DNA from: Pedobacter sp.
Lineage (GTDB): Bacteria; Desulfobacterota; Desulfuromonadia; Desulfuromonadales; Syntrophotaleaceae
Direction of reading: 5' to 3'
NCBI GenBank assembly: GCA_050253415.1
Contig: JBFWJC010000009.1
Location: 1 to 40,740 of the forward strand
Length of the DNA stretch: 40,740 nucleotides
Shown here piece by piece: positions 16,756 to 25,188 of the stretch; position 1 is the stretch's first letter; every line of letters begins with the position of its first letter. The notes below the pieces were generated by a model that saw nothing but the letters and a program-made list of their open reading frames with translations, did not search any database and was not told where the DNA came from. The translations under genes were made by a program, and so were the position numbers.

Positions 16756-18435
16756 TCATTTTTTGAGTCTTTTTACTCCTGATGAGGCCATTCCTGCACC
16801 TGTAGATCCAGCACTTGATAAACCATCCATTTCGCCCTTTGTCATTTCAAACGCTTCAAACCCTGCAACGGCTATCATCTTACCGAAATATACCGGTATC
16901 CCAAGATAGAAAAAAAACACTGACATAAGAAATAGAAAGGTGTTTATCGCTTCGTCAGGATTTTTAATATCGCCTAAACTTAAACTTGGAAATAGAAGGC
17001 TGACAAGGCCTTCATCTATCATCCCTGCAATTGCCCACCAGAGTGATAACAACATGGCTCCCATCAAGTAAACAACCAGAGCGGCAAGCGCACCCGGCTT
17101 GAACGAAGCGAACGGTAGAATGACTGCCATTAGCATGATTATGGTCATGATAATGCCAGCCTGAACCATCAATAAGCCAGGTTTTAGCAACTCCAGTACA
17201 ATACCCAGCGTAAAGGAAGCTGCTCCCGCGCCAGCTGTCGCAAAAACCCCTTGAAACCAATCCCACATATCTTGTCCGATAGATTGGTTTTGAAGGGATG
17301 GTGTATCTCGCTTAGCAAGCAAATTCGGTTGGTCTGACTTTAATAGTCTTTGAACAAGGACATCCTCAGCATCCTGTTCTCCAAATGTATTATTTGCCCA
17401 TTGCCAAATATTGGAAAGACCGGCACTTAACGTGCCGGTACCGACATCATCAAGCATCTTTTGGGAAGCCAATTGAATGGCTGCATGGTCTGCTAAACGT
17501 TCCTCTAGACCATCTCTATCATATTCTCCATACATAGAATAGCCGTTGGTATCACGATTGCCAGTCCACCACATATAGCATGATGGTGACGTGGCAAACT
17601 GCACTGTTTCACCGTTGGCATTCGGTTTATCCAAGATAAATGTAGTCTGAAGACCATATTGTTCAGCGGTGTCGTATGGCATTCTTTCCGCCGTACCGTA
17701 ACAACTGCCGGTTGATTTTTGAGTTGATGAACATGACAAATAATACCCCGGAGTATTAAGGAAAAGCTTATTGCCGACGTAATTCAGGTCATCGCTTTCA
17801 TCTGGCTCAGGCAGAGGCTGTTTCGTTTCATTCTGATAACGATACAAAGTTGGCAAATAACAGGACGAGTAAAAGTCATTAACTTCCGCTTTAAGTTGGC
17901 TATCTTTAATTTTCATTGTTGTGAAAGCTGTTAATAAACTTTTGAGGTGCGGAGTGTCTAATGATTCGATCCATTCAGTCATTTGGTTAGTGAAGGCTTT
18001 CGTACTCATCGTGACAAACCATAGACCAGGCGGAATAGGGATGCTCCCATATTGTTTCGTTTGTTGGGTTGCATTCAGTACGATGTTAGATTCACTTTGT
18101 GCTTCTTGCGATTCAAGTTGATTTTTCTCCATTTTAATTTGTATCGCATTAACATATTCTGAAGCATCAAATGTTGTGTTTGGGTTTGGAATCCAAAACA
18201 ATAGAATCACAATCATCATACTGTAGATGTCTATGTAATTTCGACGCCATTCAACGATGGAAGCAAGTCCCGCTTCTTGGCTCTTTCGTGTATCAGCCCA
18301 ATTGGAAACCATCACCCAAACAAAAGGGATATAGTGCAAGTTTAACGTGTAGATGAACAGGAAAAACTTGGTATAGATATCCCAACCTGTTGCAGTTAAG
18401 GCGACTTCGATATAATTATCGGAATAAAGCATCAT
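16756..18435 (-). CDS. traG: TraG N-terminal domain protein (MPF-G mating pair stabilisation)
   Basis: LYSDNYIE..L.GW start, EVNDFYSSCY, SCYMWW, C-terminal TM bundle; synteny. Confidence 0.85.
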   Translation of the reverse strand: MMLYSDNYIEVALTATGWDIYTKFFLFIYTLNLHYIPFVWVMVSNWADTRKSQEAGLASIVEWRRNYIDIYSMMIVILLFWIPNPNTTFDASEYVNAIQIKMEKNQLESQEAQSESNIVLNATQQTKQYGSIPIPPGLWFVTMSTKAFTNQMTEWIESLDTPHLKSLLTAFTTMKIKDSQLKAEVNDFYSSCYLPTLYRYQNETKQPLPEPDESDDLNYVGNKLFLNTPGYYLSCSSTQKSTGSCYGTAERMPYDTAEQYGLQTTFILDKPNANGETVQFATSPSCYMWWTGNRDTNGYSMYGEYDRDGLEERLADHAAIQLASQKMLDDVGTGTLSAGLSNIWQWANNTFGEQDAEDVLVQRLLKSDQPNLLAKRDTPSLQNQSIGQDMWDWFQGVFATAGAGAASFTLGIVLELLKPGLLMVQAGIIMTIIMLMAVILPFASFKPGALAALVVYLMGAMLLSLWWAIAGMIDEGLVSLLFPSLSLGDIKNPDEAINTFLFLMSVFFFYLGIPVYFGKMIAVAGFEAFEMTKGEMDGLSSAGSTGAGMASSGVKRLKK

Positions 18436-19856
18436 TTAACTCGCATTTGTGGCAGAGAACTTTCTTTTTGGCCAACGTTAGATTTTCTGCCAGGTTCCTG
18501 AATGGCTTGGCTTTCATAGATGGAGTTCGCTAGGTTCTTCACAAGCTTATGGCGAATATCGTACTCAAATGAAGTTTGTTGAATTTCTGCTTCGAGCAAT
18601 TTGATTTTATCTTCAATCGCATCTTTAGCGGGCTTAACAGCAGCGATGTTATGCTCTGACAGGCTCGAAATTAGAACCCTTCGAAGCAAAATGGCACGAT
18701 CTATAACAAGCCCAAGGGTAACTTCATCCGCTAAGGTTTGAATCATATTTTGGCTCATGTCGAATGCTTTGATTTTCTCGACGAGGTCCGAAGTAACGAT
18801 TGTGTTTCCGGGCATTTCGGACAACAAGAGAATTCGTTCTTCATCGTCCGTTTCTTCATAAGCTGCCATTAATTTTTCTTCAACTAGCGGGAGCATTCTC
18901 ATAGCTACCCCAGTGAGGCCAATACCAGATTGGCCTTTTGGAATCGCTTTAGGAGTTTTGGTTGTATAGATTTCCTGTTCGCCGAGTAACTCTACGGCCC
19001 AGTCACGCATGATTTCAGGGCTTGAAAAACTGGAGACCAGTTTAGTTTGGATCTGTGCGTCTTTAGTAGGCTTTGATAGAGTGGTCACATTTTCACGTTT
19101 CAGGATAATGTTATATCCTGTTACTGTGGCCATTGACACGATAGCGATTGGATCCTGGCCTTTGCCGCCTGCTTTAATGATACCTTTTCCGGGTATTGGG
19201 AGGTTAACTCCATCATCCCCGGCATTCTTTCCAACCTTTTCCATCGCGTCATTGACATCTGGGTTCGACTCGGACTCTTCGTCCAAGGTTGTCGCTTGCG
19301 CCATTTCTGTCCATTGCTTATAAGGGTTTTCACCGGCGGCAATCTGCCGCTCAATTTCTTCACAAGATGCCGCGTTGAATTTCATTTCTTCTTCAGCTCG
19401 AAACACATTAGTTTGAAGTAACTCATATAGGTCAGGTGAATTGCGGGATAGTGCCAATGCCGGAAGACCGGCAATGGCACTGCTTGCTGCTTGAGACATG
19501 GTATTCATTGCATCATCTACACCGTTTTGAATGTCGTTGAAAAAATTTTGCAAGCTTGCACTGGGGTCAAATTGGCCGCAACTATAACCGGCTCCAAATT
19601 TCGCTTTACCTTCCACCTTTAGGTTTGCATTGTGTGACGGCGGGACAGAAAGAGGTCTGGCTCCGCCCAGTTTGTAGTAGATTTCTGAATTCTTTTCCAG
19701 AGCACCCAATTCAGATGTGGAGAGTTTTTCCTTGTATACCTTTAGGCCTTCCTTGCCTAAAGAATCCAAATTTAAGTCTACGGCATATGCAGCTTGGGTG
19801 GTAATAGCCATCCAAATAGCGGAAACGATAAGAAGCTTTTTAGGTTGAAACGACAT
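18432..19856 (-). CDS. ICE protein PFL_4711/TIGR03755 family
   Basis: YYKLGGA, SCGQFD, PDLYELL, SCEEI; signal peptide; synteny. Confidence 0.85.
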   Translation of the reverse strand: MSFQPKKLLIVSAIWMAITTQAAYAVDLNLDSLGKEGLKVYKEKLSTSELGALEKNSEIYYKLGGARPLSVPPSHNANLKVEGKAKFGAGYSCGQFDPSASLQNFFNDIQNGVDDAMNTMSQAASSAIAGLPALALSRNSPDLYELLQTNVFRAEEEMKFNAASCEEIERQIAAGENPYKQWTEMAQATTLDEESESNPDVNDAMEKVGKNAGDDGVNLPIPGKGIIKAGGKGQDPIAIVSMATVTGYNIILKRENVTTLSKPTKDAQIQTKLVSSFSSPEIMRDWAVELLGEQEIYTTKTPKAIPKGQSGIGLTGVAMRMLPLVEEKLMAAYEETDDEERILLLSEMPGNTIVTSDLVEKIKAFDMSQNMIQTLADEVTLGLVIDRAILLRRVLISSLSEHNIAAVKPAKDAIEDKIKLLEAEIQQTSFEYDIRHKLVKNLANSIYESQAIQEPGRKSNVGQKESSLPQMRVK

Positions 19857-19920
19857 AGCATTACCTCAGTTATAGTTTGATAACGCTATCATCGCAAATG
19901 CATCTTTATAGAAAGGGCGG

Positions 19921-19947
19921 TAGGAATGACAAGTTGTTGCGATTTGA
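19921..19947 (-). promoter_or_regulatory. Conserved 27-bp putative transfer-activator box, copy 3
   Basis: TAGGAATGACAAGTTGTTGCGATTTGA; TGC-GATGAT 27 bp downstream on minus strand. Confidence 0.8.
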
Positions 19948-19982
19948 ATTTTTGGGTATCCGCATTTAGTGATTGATTTTGC

Positions 19983-21332
19983 TTAAAGCTCACCTTTTTC
20001 AATTTTCTCAATCAGAGTTGAAATGTCAGCTCCATAGTTGCCAATAACTTCTTTCTTTTCTGTTGTTGGCGGCCAAGCATCATCAAATGAATCCGTTGCC
20101 AAACACATCTTATTCATTGTTGCTGCTTGCTTACGTCTACGACGATCAAACTTAGGCTTTTTGTATTTATGTTTGTGAATGCCTTCGGAGAATAGAATCT
20201 TGGCTCTAAGAGCTTCAAAAGAGTACCCTCGCCCCAATCTATTCATAATGCGAATAAGGTTGTTTAACGACTCTGTATAAGCGTTAGTGACAGGGTGCTG
20301 AAAGTAATTCAGAATATAAGGCTGCCAGTTATCAAAAGCTCTAATTAAGTCGGCATAGGCATTGGCTATCTCAGGCTTAATCATTTCACGCCATTCATGA
20401 TATCGCTGATTTGCTTCTATCAAATTTTTAGCATCGTAGATTTCATAGAATGCTTCTTTAGTAGAGTAAGCCAAGGCTAGTTGCGGATAATTGTTTAACC
20501 AGCCGGACATAATAAATTCTTCCTGGTCGGATAGCTCATATCTACGTTTTAAAAGTATGAAACGATCATTTTTCAAGTGTCGTCTTTGCTTTGGCTCTAG
20601 TTCGGCTCTCAATGATTTACGAACCTTGTCTAATGCATCGTTCGCCATACGTACCACATGGAACTTGTCGATTACTATCATGGCGTTTGGCAACACCAAC
20701 TCAACTGCATCTTTATAAGGCCGCCACATATCCATCGCAACGTACTTAATACTATCCTTATTAGGCAGGTTACCAAGATAGTTAATCATCGTTTCTTTGT
20801 TGCGGTTTTGCAGTACCTCGACGACGGTATTGTTTTGGATGTTAGTGATAACGCCACGTGGCTTGATTAGATGAATTTCATCTATTCCCATCCATTGAGG
20901 TGTTTCAAATCGAACTGTCTTTTCAAGCTCATTGATGTAGTCATTGAAAACCGATTTAACTGTGCCTTCTGCCACCCCAATATCTTCTGCAATAGAGGCA
21001 AAAGTGTTTTTAATCGCTTTATGACCAATCCAATCCTTTAAACGAATGGTCATCTGGCGCTTGGAGTCGGTTTCAGGGATTGATTCGTAGAAGGTCTTAC
21101 GGCATGATTTACACTGATAGCGTTTTGTATCGACATAAATACCGACTCGCTTACCGTGAATGGGAAGATCACGAATTAGCTGCTCTCGCTTGCCAAATCC
21201 TACAATTTCAGTTGCTTGACAATGCGGGCATAATTCGGCTTGTTGTGTGGTTTCTGCTGTGATGTGGTAATCGTGTTCACTTTCTTCAACACTTAATACA
21301 TTGAAGCTTTTAAGATTCAAAATGTTGGCCAT
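19983..21332 (-). CDS. ISL3-family transposase
   Basis: CPHC..CKSC zinc finger, GIDE, VAMDMWRPY, IDKFHVV, TNAYTESLN. Confidence 0.95.
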   Translation of the reverse strand: MANILNLKSFNVLSVEESEHDYHITAETTQQAELCPHCQATEIVGFGKREQLIRDLPIHGKRVGIYVDTKRYQCKSCRKTFYESIPETDSKRQMTIRLKDWIGHKAIKNTFASIAEDIGVAEGTVKSVFNDYINELEKTVRFETPQWMGIDEIHLIKPRGVITNIQNNTVVEVLQNRNKETMINYLGNLPNKDSIKYVAMDMWRPYKDAVELVLPNAMIVIDKFHVVRMANDALDKVRKSLRAELEPKQRRHLKNDRFILLKRRYELSDQEEFIMSGWLNNYPQLALAYSTKEAFYEIYDAKNLIEANQRYHEWREMIKPEIANAYADLIRAFDNWQPYILNYFQHPVTNAYTESLNNLIRIMNRLGRGYSFEALRAKILFSEGIHKHKYKKPKFDRRRRKQAATMNKMCLATDSFDDAWPPTTEKKEVIGNYGADISTLIEKIEKGEL

Positions 21333-22421
21333 TTAAACCTCGTAAATATGGCCGGACATCTCTTGTTCATCGGCAGAGCTTTTATTGACTATCGTAGGCT
21401 TGATCCAAATGGGGCGCGTCTTGCCTTGCTCTTTTGAGCCGTATGGCTGTTTGCGCCAGTGTCCTCGTCGCCAATGTGAGGACACGCTTGAACCGGAGTT
21501 TTCGTGCTGGAAATACTGCTTTACGCTTCTGCCAACAAATTTGATTTTGGTATAACCTTGAGAGGCCAGTTTTGATTCGGCTCTCTTTGCCTCTTTACTA
21601 TTGGCACTTTTGGCTTTATTGACGAGCTTTTGTGGATAGCCGTCAGGGTAGTCCTCTTCTACATCTGAATCTTGACTGGTCAGGTATAGGATTGCGTTGA
21701 CAATTAAAGTTAATGCCTTTGTTGAAGCAACCTCCCAAACCTGCTTTTTAGTATCTGGCAGCCAATCTTTTTTTGCCTTATGCCAGTCAAAATCTTTACC
21801 TAAGACAGGATGTTTATTTTGTTTCTCGTTATCTAAATCATTCTCGAAAGGGTTTCGGAAAATGGTATCTTTAAATACATTTAGGACGTTATTTTTTGCA
21901 TCTTTGCGAACAAACCCGCCTTTGTCATGACAAGAGAGATATATTGGATAACTAAACCCCGAATCACTATATGCTTCCGGTACAAGTAAAAAATCAATCT
22001 CCTGACAATCGCCTAAATAGTCTCGCTGTAACTCTACAAACACACCCTCAACAAAAGCTCCGGTTTCCTCATTTAGCTCATCATTGTATGGCTCTGAATA
22101 TTCGCCAAAGTAATGTGGAGCCTTGATACCCGCAGCATCCCCGAAATGGAGGTAAAAGCTATCATAGGGAAGCGCTATATCCTCAAGGACTACATCATCA
22201 ATCTTTGTTTTATTGAACAGCCCAATGAGTTCAGGTTCCAGATGAAAGATATTCTTACCATTTTTCATAAAGCTACTTAGGAAGTAAGCGTACTCTTCTG
22301 AAAAGAGGGATTCATCCTCCAAAACATCAGGGTAGCCATGAGTTTCGGGGTCATAATCTTTTGGCAAACCGGTATCCATTATGACTATGCTTGGGTTATA
22401 GATAAGAGAATCATTGGACAT
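21333..22421 (-). CDS. Hypothetical protein with C-terminal HWRRGHWR motif
   Basis: ORF 21333..22475, likely start 22421; LPYDSFYLHFG and SHWRRGHWRKQPYG..IWIKP motifs. Confidence 0.75.
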   Translation of the reverse strand: MSNDSLIYNPSIVIMDTGLPKDYDPETHGYPDVLEDESLFSEEYAYFLSSFMKNGKNIFHLEPELIGLFNKTKIDDVVLEDIALPYDSFYLHFGDAAGIKAPHYFGEYSEPYNDELNEETGAFVEGVFVELQRDYLGDCQEIDFLLVPEAYSDSGFSYPIYLSCHDKGGFVRKDAKNNVLNVFKDTIFRNPFENDLDNEKQNKHPVLGKDFDWHKAKKDWLPDTKKQVWEVASTKALTLIVNAILYLTSQDSDVEEDYPDGYPQKLVNKAKSANSKEAKRAESKLASQGYTKIKFVGRSVKQYFQHENSGSSVSSHWRRGHWRKQPYGSKEQGKTRPIWIKPTIVNKSSADEQEMSGHIYEV

Positions 22422-22923
22422 AAAGCTTTGGTTCCGTATCTGATTTGATATAGAGAGGATGTTTGGGGTGTCCATTCTTTGTAATATCCAAGCACATTAA
22501 ACTATGTGTTTTCAGTAGCTCATAAACATGATGTTCTCTTGATAGGTGAGCGCCATGAATACCCCAAGCGCATACAATCAATCCGGCCTGTTTTGATAGT
22601 TCAAGCAATACATCATCATTGCCCAGCCCAACTGGTAACTTATGAGATTTCATCTCTGCGGGGTCAGTAGCGCGTAACGCAAATAGGTTTGCCATGTATA
22701 AACCACCATATCCCCAGCTACGTGCAAAGTTAATACAACGGCGAATGGTTGGATCATCTTCTCTTTCGTCTGCGGTGGAAGGGTTAAGCCCTATGAAAAG
22801 TACAAAAGGTTTGCTTGCATCCCAAATGCGCCATAGCGAATAGCGATATGTTCTATCGAGAGATAAGTCTGCACCTTTGGACATATCATCAAATAGACCA
22901 AATTGTGAAGCATCCTTCTGCAT
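22411..22923 (-). CDS. DUF1643-domain protein
   Basis: YRYSLWRIW, FIGLNPSTAD..DDPT..RC, NLFA.RATDP, CAWG, G.PKHPLY. Confidence 0.9.
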   Translation of the reverse strand: MQKDASQFGLFDDMSKGADLSLDRTYRYSLWRIWDASKPFVLFIGLNPSTADEREDDPTIRRCINFARSWGYGGLYMANLFALRATDPAEMKSHKLPVGLGNDDVLLELSKQAGLIVCAWGIHGAHLSREHHVYELLKTHSLMCLDITKNGHPKHPLYIKSDTEPKLYVQ

Positions 22924-23177
22924 CAGTTTAATACCCACTTGCCACTTTTTTGAATTTCCTCGTGCATAGCATCAGGGGCTAAGTCGAGTTCACCCGGCCA
23001 AGTCACAACACCATCAACTACCTTGACTTGACGAAACTCTTTGGGGTCTTTCAATTTCTCAAAAACCCCGTAAAAAAATGAGTTGGCAAACTCAACAGTT
23101 CCCTGTACTCCGTCCTTAAAACGAACGAAAAGCGTATTATCTGCTTTTACACTAACTTCAGTAACATCCCATTCCAT
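22923..23177 (-). CDS. DUF2442-domain protein (putative antitoxin)
   Basis: LFVRFKDG, GVFEKLKD..F, VTWPGELDLAPD. Confidence 0.85.
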   Translation of the reverse strand: MEWDVTEVSVKADNTLFVRFKDGVQGTVEFANSFFYGVFEKLKDPKEFRQVKVVDGVVTWPGELDLAPDAMHEEIQKSGKWVLN

Positions 23178-23180
23178 AAC

Positions 23181-23441
23181 TTACTCCAAAGGTGCAATAG
23201 GTTTTGGTGCTTGGTGATTTGAACAAAGCTCCCAATCTTCCATTAATTCAGACTGATGCAGTTCTACCCAGTCTAAAACCAAGTTGGCCGCTCTACGGGG
23301 TAACGAGCCTTTGATAATCTCCATTTTTTGAAAATCAACAACCGCCTCGTGACCACTGTACTTAACGTGGATATGAGGTGGCGCATGATCACCATAGAAC
23401 ATCTGAATAATGATTCCGTAGAATGTGCTTATAGTTGGCAT
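23181..23441 (-). CDS. DUF4160-domain protein (putative toxin)
   Basis: MPTISTFYGIIIQM..DHAPPHIH, W.ELHQ.EL..W, IAPLE. Confidence 0.9.
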   Translation of the reverse strand: MPTISTFYGIIIQMFYGDHAPPHIHVKYSGHEAVVDFQKMEIIKGSLPRRAANLVLDWVELHQSELMEDWELCSNHQAPKPIAPLE

Positions 23442-23597
23442 AACGAAAACCTTTATCAATCATAAAATATGGTTTTATTATTACATGACTATACAGTGAA
23501 AAACAATCATAAAATCATTTTTTAGATAAAGATGTAAGTTGCCTGTAAAATAAGAAATCAATCACAAAATGCGGATACCCGAATTTTTACGTCTCAA

Positions 23598-24758
23598 TCA
23601 ATCCTGGCCGGTACAGATAGGTTTGAAATTTGTGTGACCGATATAAACACCTTTGCCTGGTACACAACACTCATACCGACGCCAGTAATTCCATGCATAC
23701 TGGTGGCTTTCATCCGTACGACCTTTGGTCCAGGAAGGGTCATTATTACCAAAGGGTTCGCACTTATCGTCATTTTCCGGGGAAAACATTTGCCACTTGT
23801 CTGTTTGCTCGTTTGATGAACCTTGAGAACCATTTTCACCACCAATGGTACTATCTGAGCCTTCACCACTCTCACTTGATTGATCGGTAAACAATGGGCC
23901 TTGGTCTTCGTCAGAGTCTGAGGATTGGAAGTCACTGGAACCAGTATCACTTGAGTCACTACTTTCGCCACCAAACTGTTCTGAATCGAACTCTTTTTCC
24001 GAAGATCCGTTGATTGGAAGGTAGATATGAGGCTGGCGATCACGTGTAACGATATCAACAGCACGCTGTGCCATGACTGCAGCAGCTTTGGCATCATCAT
24101 GCTGTAACAGCTTACCAAATCGTGGATAAACGGAACCCCAGGTATTTCCGAGTAAGTTGCTGGTCGTTTTAGAACCAATCTCTCTTTGACCGGGAATCAA
24201 CGCCGCTGCCGTAAAACGGTCGGGAATACCCAGACGCCACCCCACATAATCAAAAGCGGACGAAAAGTATGGCATCCAAGGCGTCACTTCAGTTTCGCAC
24301 ACATAGTCGGAAATGCTTTCTTGTGTAATCAAGGCCAAAGGATGGCCAACAACGCTAACATCTTTGTACTTGATCGATGAATCCGGTTGCGCTTCCGGCG
24401 GCGTAAAGTCCCCGCCGGATAATTCCATGCCGGACATTTCATCGATGATACCTTTTTCCACGGCTTCTTCCGCATTCCCCATTAGCTCACGATAATCCTC
24501 CCAGGGGTTTTCCATCGGTTCGTCCATAACTGTTACGAATAAATCGGGCAAATAATGACTTATTCTGGCCGTCGTATCTATGTCACACCCGAAAGGGGTG
24601 CAAAGCAAGTAGTAACAGACACCGACCACGCAATAATTCACACAATCCATGTTCATTGTCTGCCCGGCCACCTCTGCTGAAGTGAATTCTTCAGCGGTGG
24701 CCATCGGTGTTTTCGTGAGAAAAACTGCAATCAAAAGAGGGAGGATAGTCTTATGCAT
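23598..24758 (-). CDS. traU: TraU / PFL_4710 (TIGR03756) family protein
   Basis: CVNYCVVGVCYYLLCTPFGC, PYFSS.FD, WGSVYPR.G, YAWNYWRRYECC. Confidence 0.9.
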   Translation of the reverse strand: MHKTILPLLIAVFLTKTPMATAEEFTSAEVAGQTMNMDCVNYCVVGVCYYLLCTPFGCDIDTTARISHYLPDLFVTVMDEPMENPWEDYRELMGNAEEAVEKGIIDEMSGMELSGGDFTPPEAQPDSSIKYKDVSVVGHPLALITQESISDYVCETEVTPWMPYFSSAFDYVGWRLGIPDRFTAAALIPGQREIGSKTTSNLLGNTWGSVYPRFGKLLQHDDAKAAAVMAQRAVDIVTRDRQPHIYLPINGSSEKEFDSEQFGGESSDSSDTGSSDFQSSDSDEDQGPLFTDQSSESGEGSDSTIGGENGSQGSSNEQTDKWQMFSPENDDKCEPFGNNDPSWTKGRTDESHQYAWNYWRRYECCVPGKGVYIGHTNFKPICTGQD

Positions 24759-24760
24759 AG

Positions 24761-25174
24761 TCAGTCCTCAACGTTTTCAGCCGCAGTTAAGATTCTGGTG
24801 ATATCGGTACTACCATATATCACGCCCTGCACATTGTTGATCACGGCAGCCGGTATGCGGCTAATACCCGCTTTTTTTGCCCTTAATGCAGGTAGGTAGG
24901 AGCGACCAACTCTTCGATTAAATTCCGGATCCTGAATACGCTGTTTTAGGATGCGGGCTGCATCTCCGGGATTGTTAGGCAAGCCGCGACTTATCTGAGC
25001 TTCCAGTTGTTCTACTGAATCGACATAATGTACATGCAAGTCGACGTCACGGGCGTAAGCCTTGTTCTGTATTTTCATGTCGGAATTTAAGAACAGGTCT
25101 ATTCGTTTAACGTCGACGGCATTGGCCAGGCTTGGTAAGACTTGAATCAATAACCCGAAAATTATGAATTTCAT
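24761..25174 (-). CDS. PFL_4709 / TIGR03757 (DUF1525) family protein
   Basis: Signal peptide, LE..IS.GLP.NP..A, GISRIPAAV, VIYG; synteny. Confidence 0.8.
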   Translation of the reverse strand: MKFIIFGLLIQVLPSLANAVDVKRIDLFLNSDMKIQNKAYARDVDLHVHYVDSVEQLEAQISRGLPNNPGDAARILKQRIQDPEFNRRVGRSYLPALRAKKAGISRIPAAVINNVQGVIYGSTDITRILTAAENVED

Positions 25175-25188
25175 CTCAGCTCTCCATT

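Larger units (their letters stand above)
19954..23580 (-). mobile_element. ISL3-family passenger-gene transposon (ISPpu12-like architecture)
   Basis: 26-bp IRs GGGTATCCGCATTT(A/T)GTGATTGATTT at 19954-19979 and 23555-23580 (25/26); 8-bp TSD GAATTTTT at 19946-19953 and 23581-23588. Confidence 0.93.

Noticed and set aside
16756..18435. TraG as a truncated pseudogene
   Set aside because: About 500-560 aa TraG_N-only proteins are normal in MPF-G systems; frame is intact
23594..24178. 194-aa alternative-frame ORF inside traU and the many short antisense ORFs within T4SS, relaxase, umuC and R-M genes
   Set aside because: Fully overlap well-supported genes and show no motifs; expected shadow ORFs
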